From Methanobacteriota archaeon (GTDB lineage Archaea > Thermoplasmatota > Poseidoniia > Poseidoniales > Poseidoniaceae), in contig JABIGM010000035.1 in NCBI GenBank assembly GCA_018650165.1, forward strand, positions 7,542 to 71,541: DNA of 64,000 nucleotides. Direction: 5' to 3'. The position numbers were made by a program, and so were the translations under genes. Below, piece after piece: positions 8,835 through 18,069 of the stretch. The notes under the pieces were generated by a model, which saw nothing but the letters and a program-made list of their open reading frames with translations, was not told where the DNA came from and did no database searches. How positions within the stretch are numbered: position 1 is the first letter of the stretch; every line of letters starts with the position of its first letter.

Positions 8835-9299
8835 TCATCTTCGGCGGGGGGGCCATTCTCTGAAGCCTCGAGATGCATCTCGGTCCGCCAAAATTTTCCT
8901 GCGAATAGTGTCACCGTCAATGATGAAAGCTTCTTCAGATTCTAGCCCCGGGCATTCGTTCACAGTCCGCCTCCATGACCGGTCCGAGCGTACATTTTCT
9001 GCCCAGAAAGGATATGATTGACATTGTGATGGTCGGGCCTGGTATGTCGTGCATTTCTTTTCCTCATCCAAATAAATGCAAATATCGGTATCTGGGTCGG
9101 ATTTGAGAATCCACCTTCCGTCTAGTGTTTGTCTACAATCTCTTTCGAGCCATTCTGGGACTTCCATCCCATGATGTGCAGCCATAATGTCAGCATCTCT
9201 TGGCTGAAGGTATACTATGCCTCCGGGCTCATCACAGCATTTACCACAATTTGGTTGACAGGAAAATGGCACACCTGCCATCCACCATGGGCGGCTCAT
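8835..9299 (-). CDS. YkgJ-family (UPF0153) cysteine-cluster zinc/iron-chelating protein
   Basis: CQPNCGKCCDEPGG motif plus downstream Cys residues (CIYLDEEKKC, CQSYPFW). Start ATGA overlaps the stop of the upstream AAA+ gene. Confidence 0.7.
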   Translation of the reverse strand: MSRPWWMAGVPFSCQPNCGKCCDEPGGIVYLQPRDADIMAAHHGMEVPEWLERDCRQTLDGRWILKSDPDTDICIYLDEEKKCTTYQARPSQCQSYPFWAENVRSDRSWRRTVNECPGLESEEAFIIDGDTIRRKILADRDASRGFREWPPRRR

Positions 9300-11047
9300 T
9301 CCTCTTCACCTTGCGGGGTTAATACCGTAATGGGAGTTAGCGTTGCGAACTCTCCTTGTCCTGAAATATCTCTTAGCATCAACTCGATTTCACCAACTCT
9401 ATCTGCGATTTGAATCAAGTCATCTACACTAGCGTCCTGACTCATTTCTGCAAGGGTGCTCATCTCTTGTTCGAGTTCTGCTAATTGATTGGATTTAGCC
9501 AAGTGCTCCTCGCCCATTTTCTCAAACATTTGTTCAGTGATATTGCTAATACCTTCAAACGTTTCATCAACCCTAACTTTGTCAAATCCTCTAGTCTGTG
9601 TATCAGAGCCAACAAGGAAAGCATCTCGCTCATCAAGCGTTAAAGTTGTAGTAACATGCGGAATTAAATTTTCAGTTGTCAGAACTTCATGCAACTCATC
9701 TTTCTCTTCAAAAGAAAGTTCTGGAACTTCCCACTCATCACTTATTGTGGGCAAAGTTGTGTGGAGTTCAACACCTCCAATGTCAGTTCCAGTGTATACG
9801 TGGTCGAGTGTCTCGGAAATTACTCGTGATGCAATATCCTCAAGGTCTTCGCGCTGAGTGAACACTTCTTGTGTTGTCATCATCGTAGGAGCATCTTGCA
9901 AAATATTGGTCACATCATCACCCGAAACTACACGCTCTCCCGATTCAATGGCCAAAGCCACTTTCTCAAATGCAGCATCGGTGCTACGCCAATCGCCATT
10001 CCCAAATGTCACAATTCGGGCTAACATGGAATCATCTAGTAATAAAGAGCGACCACTAGTATCGCGGCGTAGGTGGGTAATCAGTGATGAAGAGCTTGGT
10101 TGTTTGAGCCATATGCTAGTGGATGATCGCATTACTTCCCATAGTCTACGTGCTTGCCACTCATTCGAGTCAACTCGTGATGTCGCAATTACTTGCACTC
10201 CCAGATTTAAAGCGTAGTCAATCATCAGTCCTAATTCAGTAGCAATTCTTTCTTCTGCTAAGTGAAGGTCATCAATTGCAATTAGGCGTGCATGCGATAC
10301 AGCATCCTGCCACCCGTCTGGTAAAGACTCCCAACTGCGCATAGCGGATACTGACAAGAGGTGAACATTACCATCTTGACGACGAATCATAGCCTGTACA
10401 GATGCACTAAGGATGTGTGATTTACCACAGCCACTTGCCCCCAATACCAACAATGGATTCATCAAACTACCTGGGTTATCAATCACCTTTTCACAAGCCA
10501 AAGATGCTCTGGAGTTTTCTTCAACAACATGCCATGATTTCCATGTGTTATGGTCTGACATATTTTGAATGGGTGGCCATTTTGGTCTAAATGATAAATC
10601 CTTCAAATTATAATCAGATGAATTTATTGCGTATCCTCTCTGTGAATCCAAAACCTCTGCCCAAATCGGGCGACCATCCTTTAGAATTCCAAGGTCATCC
10701 CCTAGTAACTCTTCACTAAGATCTTCAGTGACTTGTTTATCACGCATTTCACCTATGCGTTTCGAAGCGATTTGTGCTAAACTGCTATCGGAGGATTCGA
10801 GATCTATACTCGGTTTCCACGGCACGCCTTCTCCTAAAATCGCATCAGCCACAATGTCGAATATAGGACGTGTTTTCACGCCGGTACGTGAAATCAAATC
10901 ACCTTCGCGAGTATCATTGATAGAATCTACTCCACGTAAGTGATTCAATTTGGAGTGCGAAGGTTTTCTCGAAGGTGCCTCTTTGCCAAGAACCGTTCTA
11001 GCATTTGCTAATGCTAGTTGGAGTTTTTCTTGGTGACTGTGGCTCAC
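9296..11047 (-). CDS. AAA+ ATPase with DnaA domain III/Hda-like core, flanked by long low-complexity arms
   Basis: NPLLVLGASGCGKSHIL (Walker A), RLIAIDDLHL (Walker B), VQVIATSR (sensor 1) and SIWLKQP...LITHLRR are collinear with DnaA/Hda. GTG start overlaps the upstream stop (GTGA). Confidence 0.65.
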   Translation of the reverse strand: MSHSHQEKLQLALANARTVLGKEAPSRKPSHSKLNHLRGVDSINDTREGDLISRTGVKTRPIFDIVADAILGEGVPWKPSIDLESSDSSLAQIASKRIGEMRDKQVTEDLSEELLGDDLGILKDGRPIWAEVLDSQRGYAINSSDYNLKDLSFRPKWPPIQNMSDHNTWKSWHVVEENSRASLACEKVIDNPGSLMNPLLVLGASGCGKSHILSASVQAMIRRQDGNVHLLSVSAMRSWESLPDGWQDAVSHARLIAIDDLHLAEERIATELGLMIDYALNLGVQVIATSRVDSNEWQARRLWEVMRSSTSIWLKQPSSSSLITHLRRDTSGRSLLLDDSMLARIVTFGNGDWRSTDAAFEKVALAIESGERVVSGDDVTNILQDAPTMMTTQEVFTQREDLEDIASRVISETLDHVYTGTDIGGVELHTTLPTISDEWEVPELSFEEKDELHEVLTTENLIPHVTTTLTLDERDAFLVGSDTQTRGFDKVRVDETFEGISNITEQMFEKMGEEHLAKSNQLAELEQEMSTLAEMSQDASVDDLIQIADRVGEIELMLRDISGQGEFATLTPITVLTPQGEEE

Positions 11048-12747
11048 GATTCATCCACCTCGTTAGCCTTCTTCCAAGATTGTAATTCTTTTTCGATATC
11101 GATCTTCCTTTGTGGTAAACTTGAGGCCTGTGAACGGTTAGACAAATTGCGTTTAACCACAATCCCTCTGGCGGCAACAGGGCTCATCACATTCTTGGAG
11201 CGGGTCCTCTTTTTTGCTGCAGCATCCAATGCTTTAGGGCCGAGTTTGGTTTCCGGAAGTTGCGTATTTCGGCGTGTAGATTTTTGTCTAACAACATCAT
11301 CTAAATCATTTGGAATTATTGAAGGAATTTCTGGAAGATTACCTTCCCGGCCCATTCCAATTACTGTTTTTGGAAGGAAATCATTAGTTGGCATTTCAGC
11401 ATCTATCGCCCCGGAAGTGGCTGCTGCAAGTCCCGCACTTCGAGCTTCATCGCTACTCATGACGGTAGAGTGCTTCGATTTTCTTCTCTTAATACGTTGA
11501 GCAATGCGTGGACCCTTCGCTAATTTTGGCGGAGAAATATCTTCCACGATATCTTCTTCAATGTTCTCAGTGATGATGATTTCCTCTTTAGAGACTTCAA
11601 TCATGAGTTCTTCTGCGTCTTGCTCTTCAACCACTTCAGTGGTAATTGGGACTTCGGGTGTGAGTTCATTCCCAAATTGTGGAGGAGTGTTTGCCTCTAA
11701 AAATTCGGCTAGGCGAAGAAGTTCCTCTTCGGTTGGTGGAGCCATAATGGGATGGGTGTGAAGGGATTCGGAATCAGCATTCCATGCAGTGAGAACCCCG
11801 GTTTCAAGATAGGGAGCGGCACGCATTAGTTGTGCAGATTCAGATTTGCTCCATGCAGCCTTATCGCAGGAGATTAATAGGCAATCATCCTCGAACCTCA
11901 TTCTGTCTCCAAGTTCACGGACCATATCGATTACTTCTTTCGTGCCACATATCTTTGAGAGATACTCTAGACCGTCCAGTAACAATACTGCCCGCAGATT
12001 ACCTTCAAGAAATTCATACACTCGAGACTTGATTGCATCAATGCCAACTTTTTGGACACCCTCGGATTCAATTTGTGAAAGCCAAAGGCAGTCATCCTTC
12101 GTCAAGTTATAATTCGCAATTAAATCATCTTGAGTACGTCGACTTATCACAAGGACAGGTTTGCCATGAGATTTGAGGTTTGAAACCAGCGTGAACAATC
12201 CGTCGGTCTCATTTGAATACACACTGCCGGGCTTGAGCAATATGCTACCGACTGCATGTCTGTGCACCATGGCAGCAGCCTTTGCTTGGATGAATTCAGG
12301 TGCTTCCTCCGAAGCTTCAATTGTTGGCAAGCGGCTCGATTTTGTCCAACTAGTACGGCGATTACTAACTTCATTCCACCACTCCGATGAACGGTTAGCC
12401 TCGGGAGTTTCAACATTTAACCTCGCATTTGGATGAATATCTAAAATTCTGAAAACATCGACATCTTCGATTAATTGGAGAATACAATCCAGTTCATTAC
12501 AATCAGTTTCTATCTCAATGAGAGCGTCTACACTTTCCAAAACGGATTTAGCCTCGTGTATCGCAGCAGAAATCGTACCATTGCTAACGATGACTTGTCC
12601 CACTCTCGGCATTGATTCAGCAGGAGTTCTTTCGCACCGGATATAGCCCTCAATACCGAGTTTGTTCATCTCATTAATCAGGGTAGCAAGAATGCCGGCG
12701 CCACCGCGCCTTTCCTCGATAATATTACCTTGTGGCAACTCGACCAT
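11044..12747 (-). CDS. DUF835-like domain protein with N-terminal globular domain and acidic-then-basic tail
   Basis: ORF 11044..12753 (GTG). ATG at 12747 gives MVELPQGN. KPVLVISRRTQDDL...CLWLSQ...AVLLLDGLEYL resembles the archaeal DUF835. The N-terminus has GYIRCE...GQVIVSNGTISAA. Confidence 0.5.
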   Translation of the reverse strand: MVELPQGNIIEERRGGAGILATLINEMNKLGIEGYIRCERTPAESMPRVGQVIVSNGTISAAIHEAKSVLESVDALIEIETDCNELDCILQLIEDVDVFRILDIHPNARLNVETPEANRSSEWWNEVSNRRTSWTKSSRLPTIEASEEAPEFIQAKAAAMVHRHAVGSILLKPGSVYSNETDGLFTLVSNLKSHGKPVLVISRRTQDDLIANYNLTKDDCLWLSQIESEGVQKVGIDAIKSRVYEFLEGNLRAVLLLDGLEYLSKICGTKEVIDMVRELGDRMRFEDDCLLISCDKAAWSKSESAQLMRAAPYLETGVLTAWNADSESLHTHPIMAPPTEEELLRLAEFLEANTPPQFGNELTPEVPITTEVVEEQDAEELMIEVSKEEIIITENIEEDIVEDISPPKLAKGPRIAQRIKRRKSKHSTVMSSDEARSAGLAAATSGAIDAEMPTNDFLPKTVIGMGREGNLPEIPSIIPNDLDDVVRQKSTRRNTQLPETKLGPKALDAAAKKRTRSKNVMSPVAARGIVVKRNLSNRSQASSLPQRKIDIEKELQSWKKANEVDES

Positions 12748-12850
12748 ACGCACCCCTACGGGGTGTTGGTAATTCCACCCCTCTTGAATGATGGGGGTCC
12801 TAACAGCATTGTAACGAGGGTTTCATGTCCTTCTTGCGTGTGGCGAGTAT

Positions 12851-13462
12851 ATGGGCGCCCCTCGCGGATTGATTCCATTTTCCAAAACACCAATCTCAAT
12901 TGCTACTAATAGACCAGATAAGCAACAACTGTACGTTATATCCCCTCTCATAGTAATACTTCTCATCATTTCATTTTGGTTTAAATTAGCTATAATCTTG
13001 GCAATACTTTTTGGGATTATTGGTCTTATTATTGAAAGACGAATACGTTTGAAAAATTGCACCCCACTTGCGGTTAATTTGAATCATCCCTTTATGGAAA
13101 CGGATTCAGTATCCGACTCAGAGGTGATGGTAAAGTTCTCAGATGAATGGATAAACCCGGGAATCCATCGCTTAAAATTAGCAAGAGATCCGATAATAGG
13201 TTGGATGGTTCACAAGCAGGATGGGGACCTGTCAATATTATCCGCATGGGATACAAAGTGGAGTGAAGCAAACCTTTCCAAACAATTAGCAATCATTAAT
13301 CAAGCAATTTCATTGAATAATGCAGTGAATGATTCGAATGATGAATTCGAAGATGCACGTGTAAGGGAATCTCAGGATTCAATACTTCTTGAGCGCGAGT
13401 GGATCCCAGAAGAAGAACTAGAACTCCAGGGGCCCATTTCGAGATTCTTTACATCAGAGTAA
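12851..13462 (+). CDS. Hypothetical membrane protein (two TM helices plus soluble acidic C-terminal domain)
   Basis: ORF with hydrophobic segments LYVISPLIVILLIISFWF and LAIILAILFGIIGLII. No recognisable motif. Confidence 0.45.
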   Translation: MGAPRGLIPFSKTPISIATNRPDKQQLYVISPLIVILLIISFWFKLAIILAILFGIIGLIIERRIRLKNCTPLAVNLNHPFMETDSVSDSEVMVKFSDEWINPGIHRLKLARDPIIGWMVHKQDGDLSILSAWDTKWSEANLSKQLAIINQAISLNNAVNDSNDEFEDARVRESQDSILLEREWIPEEELELQGPISRFFTSE

Positions 13463-13509
13463 GAATCCGCTCATAGTGCGAGAATGTCCCCCTACCTTCA
13501 AATGGTGAA

Positions 13510-14145
13510 TTGAGTACCATATGGGCTATGGGTGCAGATGCGGCCTGGGCTGATGGGACCGGTTCTCTGAGCGACTCCCAGTTAGAAATGCTTACCGGCG
13601 GGGGCCTTTCAAAGCGATTTTCACGACTTCCTCTTTGGATTTCTCATCCTTCTAATATAGGGGCTTTTTATGGACTCTTAATCTCTTTAGCATTGATTCT
13701 CCCCTATTACATGACAGAACCCTTTTGGGCACCATTATGGATATATCATGCTAGTCTATTGATTGCAGCAACTACATTTCTTGGCATGATAAGTCGAATT
13801 ATGAATATCATCTTCAAAAGAATGCCAGTATCAGTAAATCGCAAAATGTTGTATCCAATGCCTTTCATTGGTTTTACATTAGTCACCTTGATTTCTACAG
13901 AATTGATGGCAGATAATAGCATCATATCATTCCTTTCATGGTGTATTCTCATGTGCCCTGGCCCGCTTTACATTCACCTTTCATGGGCACCAAGATGGCG
14001 TCTTTTGTGTATGCTTGAAGACGGACTTAATCCGTTTGAGGGAATTGAAGTTAATGAAAAGGATTACAGCCAAGATATTTCTGAAGTTGCAGGGGAAGAC
14101 GAAGAGCTGATCGAAGTAGTCGAAGATTTCTCTTCGGAAGAATGA
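13510..14145 (+). CDS. Hypothetical multi-pass membrane protein with acidic tail
   Basis: ORF with about 4 hydrophobic helices and a C-terminal EDEELIEVVEDFSSEE tail. TTG start at 13510 or ATG at 13528. Confidence 0.45.
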   Translation: MSTIWAMGADAAWADGTGSLSDSQLEMLTGGGLSKRFSRLPLWISHPSNIGAFYGLLISLALILPYYMTEPFWAPLWIYHASLLIAATTFLGMISRIMNIIFKRMPVSVNRKMLYPMPFIGFTLVTLISTELMADNSIISFLSWCILMCPGPLYIHLSWAPRWRLLCMLEDGLNPFEGIEVNEKDYSQDISEVAGEDEELIEVVEDFSSEE

Positions 14146-14146
14146 G

Positions 14147-16339
14147 TTACTCCTCATCTATTTCAACATGAATTCCATCCATTGATAGAACATATATGTC
14201 ACATTCAACATATAGATTCTCATCACTCTCAAACGGATGTCCTGCCCCCAATACTTCTGCGGTAACAGTTACTTCCCAAGTACCGGTTAATGTTCGATTC
14301 CATTTGAATTGGGAAAGTATTTCATCACCATTTTGAGCCCACTGCTCACCATCGGGATATGTCCATTCTGCGAATATGGTGATGTAATCTTCATTGTTAA
14401 AACATTGCAAATCACCAGATGTTTCAAATTGGCTTGTATCCACTCCTTCAGGAGCAGAAATTGTCCAATCGATGTTATCTCTCCTATCGCCTACCTCAGT
14501 TTCACCTTCATCACAATAGATTACTATCTGAACAAGTGTTGCATTTCCAGGTACTACCTCGCTAGTATCGATGGATAGTGACATGCTCTCACCATCTTTC
14601 AGCGTTGCAGAATCTTCTACTTCTGCGGTATTTTCGTCCCAATCAAATCTCCATTTGTAGAGTCCTTCGGGTGCAGAAGATTCTGATGATAAAACCAATT
14701 CCCCAACTCCGCCGCCCAGAGATGTAATCAAAACCACAGCGATCATCATAGCAATCGCAGGACGTCCCTTCCATGGCTCAACCTGTTCTGAATTGAAAGT
14801 GGGAATTTTTGCCTCATTGACCTGCCGAATGATTAGAGGCGACCAAATCAATAAAAGTGCAAATAAGCCAATCATAGCTGCTAGTGATGAGAGTGTAGCA
14901 CCAATCGAGTTACCCCATGACACTTGAATTGTGTAAATTGAGAGGTCGTCTCCACTCCACCATGAACCATTGACAAATGTAGTATAGTCTTGGCCGAAAT
15001 TGGTATCTTTTGCCTCAGTAAATATTGGTTTTAGGGAGTATGAAGCGGATAGGTCGTCGATGTCATCTTCGGCTTTTCTGAATATACCGTCTTCGAATGC
15101 CGAGTTGGTAAGGGATATTGAAATCACTATCGCTGCTAAAAAGAGAGTATTCCATCCCTTTTCTTCACCCTTGATAGCATTAGATACCCGTGAAGATACC
15201 TTCTTGGTAACCACAATTAGACACAGTAACAATATGCATATCAGCGGCCATCTTAACTCCAACATTGGTTCTGCAATATTTTCTAATTCAGGATGTTCAG
15301 AATAGGAGTTGTAACTAGTACTAGTCTCTCCTTCAGATATTTCATCTAATCCAGATTGATTATCGAAGGCTACAACGAAGGGGGACATCGTCCATGCAAA
15401 ATCATGAGTTGTTTGACTTTTATTATCACCTAAATGAGTTCCTTCCCAGGTTTGCTCGATAGAATACCACGGAGTAAATGCTGAACCTATTGCTAATAAT
15501 ACAGTCGTAGCGATTAGTATTGATGGTAATTTGTCAAGATGTTTGGTGAAAAATTCAGGTGGATCATCTGAGAGTAACCACCTAGGTGCCTGCTCTACAT
15601 CCAATTCTTCAAACTTGGTTACAAAACAAGCTATTGCTCCAAGTAAAGTGAATATTGAAAAGAATATCAGCGCTAGAAAACCCAAATCTGGGCCCCATGT
15701 AATTTCGGAATATTGGGATACCCCATCGTCGTTTTCGCTTTCTGCATAAACGCCACCCCAAAAGCCATCATCATATTCGAATTCATCGGCACCATCATCG
15801 TCAATATCGCCAAACGCTTCATCCGAAAAATCTGAACCATATCCAATTATACTGAAAACAAGTAACAAACTTGAGAAGGCCATGAAAGCGAGAAGGGCAC
15901 CAGTAATCATCTCATGATTGATGAATTTATTGACTTGTATTCTATCCTTGATTCCAATGATAATCAATAGAAACAAAATAGTTGAGATGAGTAACCAAGT
16001 TGACAATTCTGAATCGATGTCCACCATCATTTGCCCAAGATAGTCCTCATCATCTGGTGTACTATCTGCTTCTACAATACGTTGTGTTTCACCTCCGAAC
16101 CAATCAGATGACAGATTGGAGTTATACCTATCTTCAGAACTCGAATATTCTGACATGTAGTCATCGTAAAATTCGGTGGTAGTGGTACTCTCATTATCGC
16201 TCATTTCGAAATCAGTTTCTGAAAATTTAATTTCATAGAATGGAGCATACTCCATTGCAATGACTAGAAGTAGAGCTAGTATTGGGGTCCAAAGAATAAA
16301 TCTTTCACGTTGTGATAGAATCTTCTCTTTGGCTTTCAT
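14147..16339 (-). CDS. Hypothetical large polytopic membrane protein (730 aa) with acidic loops and C-terminal beta-rich domain
   Basis: Long uninterrupted ORF with at least 8 hydrophobic segments separated by D/E/S-rich loops. The C-terminal domain is about 190 aa. No motif recognised. Confidence 0.55.
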   Translation of the reverse strand: MKAKEKILSQRERFILWTPILALLLVIAMEYAPFYEIKFSETDFEMSDNESTTTTEFYDDYMSEYSSSEDRYNSNLSSDWFGGETQRIVEADSTPDDEDYLGQMMVDIDSELSTWLLISTILFLLIIIGIKDRIQVNKFINHEMITGALLAFMAFSSLLLVFSIIGYGSDFSDEAFGDIDDDGADEFEYDDGFWGGVYAESENDDGVSQYSEITWGPDLGFLALIFFSIFTLLGAIACFVTKFEELDVEQAPRWLLSDDPPEFFTKHLDKLPSILIATTVLLAIGSAFTPWYSIEQTWEGTHLGDNKSQTTHDFAWTMSPFVVAFDNQSGLDEISEGETSTSYNSYSEHPELENIAEPMLELRWPLICILLLCLIVVTKKVSSRVSNAIKGEEKGWNTLFLAAIVISISLTNSAFEDGIFRKAEDDIDDLSASYSLKPIFTEAKDTNFGQDYTTFVNGSWWSGDDLSIYTIQVSWGNSIGATLSSLAAMIGLFALLLIWSPLIIRQVNEAKIPTFNSEQVEPWKGRPAIAMMIAVVLITSLGGGVGELVLSSESSAPEGLYKWRFDWDENTAEVEDSATLKDGESMSLSIDTSEVVPGNATLVQIVIYCDEGETEVGDRRDNIDWTISAPEGVDTSQFETSGDLQCFNNEDYITIFAEWTYPDGEQWAQNGDEILSQFKWNRTLTGTWEVTVTAEVLGAGHPFESDENLYVECDIYVLSMDGIHVEIDEE

Positions 16340-16379
16340 GTCTTATACACATTGCATATCACGCTTAAAACTTGAGCCG

Positions 16380-17561
16380 TCATATAAGCCCAATTTCTTT
16401 GCCTGCACTCTCGAAAATTCGAAGAACTTCATCAAGATCACCTCTTGATAATCCAGTAGACATTTGAGTCCTAACTCTTGCCTTGTCTTTGGAAACCATT
16501 GGGAATACAATCGCTCCTGCCATGACGCCTTGGTCTAGCATTGCCTGGGACAAATCCTTCGCCCTAGATGATTCACCACACATTACTGGAATAATTGGGG
16601 TCGTAGACACACCTGTGTCGAAACCTAGTGATTGCATTTCCTTTCGGAAATACTCAGTATTTTCCCATAATTTTGCATGGTGCTGTGGCTCTTCCATCAG
16701 CACTTCAACAGCCGCTTTTTGTGCTGCGGCTACACCTGGCGGTTGTGAACCAGATAGCAACCATGAGCGTGAGTGATTCAGTGCATGATTGCGAACTATC
16801 TCTTTGCCTGCAACGATACCGCCCTGAACACCGAGCGCTTTCGAGAACGAACCAATTTCAAAATCGACCCTTCCTTGTAACTTGAAATGATCAACAATCC
16901 CACGGCCTCCATCACCTAGGACTCCTTCCCCATGGCAATCATCAACGAAAACCATTGCATTGTATTCTTCAGCAAGTGATGTAAGTTCATCGAGTGGACA
17001 AACATCGCCATCCATTGAAAACACACCGTCAACAATTACTAGTTTTCTATCAGCACCTTCATTATCCTTCAGCACTTGTTCGAAAGCCCCCATGTCATTG
17101 TGCGGGAATACTGCTCGCTGTGCCTTAGTCAGTCGTACTCCATCGATAATGGAGCCATGATTTAGTTCATCGGAAATAATTACATCTTGCTTTCCTTGAA
17201 CCAATGAAGGGATTAATCCGACATTCGCAGTATACCCTGCCGAATAGATTAGTGAAGATTCTACGCCTTTGAATTCAGCCACCTTTTGTTCCGCTTGTAA
17301 ATGGATATCCATAGTTCCTGCAATCGCCCTTACCGAACCACTTCCTGCACCATATTTTCGAGTTGCAGCAATTGATGCTTCAACGACTTTAGGGTGAGTT
17401 GTTAGGTTCAAATAATTGTTAGCAGATAGCATGATTGTAGGCTTGCCATCCATTGTACAGCGGGGTTGATTTGCACTTTCAAGAGTTGGCGGTTGCCAAA
17501 GTAATGCTTGCTCTTCAAGATGCGAATATCGCTCTTCCATCCAAGATAGGTCTCCTGCCAT
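16380..17561 (-). CDS. kbl: 2-amino-3-ketobutyrate CoA ligase (glycine C-acetyltransferase) / 8-amino-7-oxononanoate synthase family
   Basis: Alpha-oxoamine synthase pattern: SDELNHGSIIDG, VFVDDCHG, and GSFSKALGVQGG with the PLP lysine. Confidence 0.85.
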   Translation of the reverse strand: MAGDLSWMEERYSHLEEQALLWQPPTLESANQPRCTMDGKPTIMLSANNYLNLTTHPKVVEASIAATRKYGAGSGSVRAIAGTMDIHLQAEQKVAEFKGVESSLIYSAGYTANVGLIPSLVQGKQDVIISDELNHGSIIDGVRLTKAQRAVFPHNDMGAFEQVLKDNEGADRKLVIVDGVFSMDGDVCPLDELTSLAEEYNAMVFVDDCHGEGVLGDGGRGIVDHFKLQGRVDFEIGSFSKALGVQGGIVAGKEIVRNHALNHSRSWLLSGSQPPGVAAAQKAAVEVLMEEPQHHAKLWENTEYFRKEMQSLGFDTGVSTTPIIPVMCGESSRAKDLSQAMLDQGVMAGAIVFPMVSKDKARVRTQMSTGLSRGDLDEVLRIFESAGKEIGLI

Positions 17562-17640
17562 GCTGGACCCATGATGTAGGTTCTACATGTTGTTTACTCA
17601 AATGCAGAACAATCATGAATGAGATGCCTTTCGGCGAGTC

Positions 17641-18069
17641 ATGAGCATCGTTGGTGTTGTTTCATCGGGACTGGGTCGCGCTCACATTTTCATGTCGCAG
17701 CACCACTACCAAGAACAATTCAAAACAGTGATTGGGATGAGTGCATGGCCCGGTACTCTCAATGTTAAAGTAAAAGGGGACTCACTAATCCAATACCAGA
17801 AGTTGCGAGTAACAGCAGGCCTTGATGAAGGTGAGGCAAGTAATATTCTTGCACACCGAATCAAAGGATTTGACCGTGATGGTGTTTCATTTGGGGGTGC
17901 GACTGCTTTCCTTGCACGCATCCAGTGTGGCGAAGGAAACCATGATTGTGCAATTTTGATTCCTGACCTCACCCGCCATGAAGATGTTGTAGAAGTGATT
18001 GCAGGTATTTTTTTGCGAGAGGCCTGTGATTTGAGCGATGGAGACGAAGTCAGTATTGTCCTTCAATAA
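17641..18069 (+). CDS. ribK: Archaeal CTP-dependent riboflavin kinase
   Basis: GVVSSGLGRAHIFMS...WPGTLNVKV matches the archaeal RibK (DUF120) N-terminal signature. The size of about 140 aa also fits. Confidence 0.75.
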   Translation: MSIVGVVSSGLGRAHIFMSQHHYQEQFKTVIGMSAWPGTLNVKVKGDSLIQYQKLRVTAGLDEGEASNILAHRIKGFDRDGVSFGGATAFLARIQCGEGNHDCAILIPDLTRHEDVVEVIAGIFLREACDLSDGDEVSIVLQ

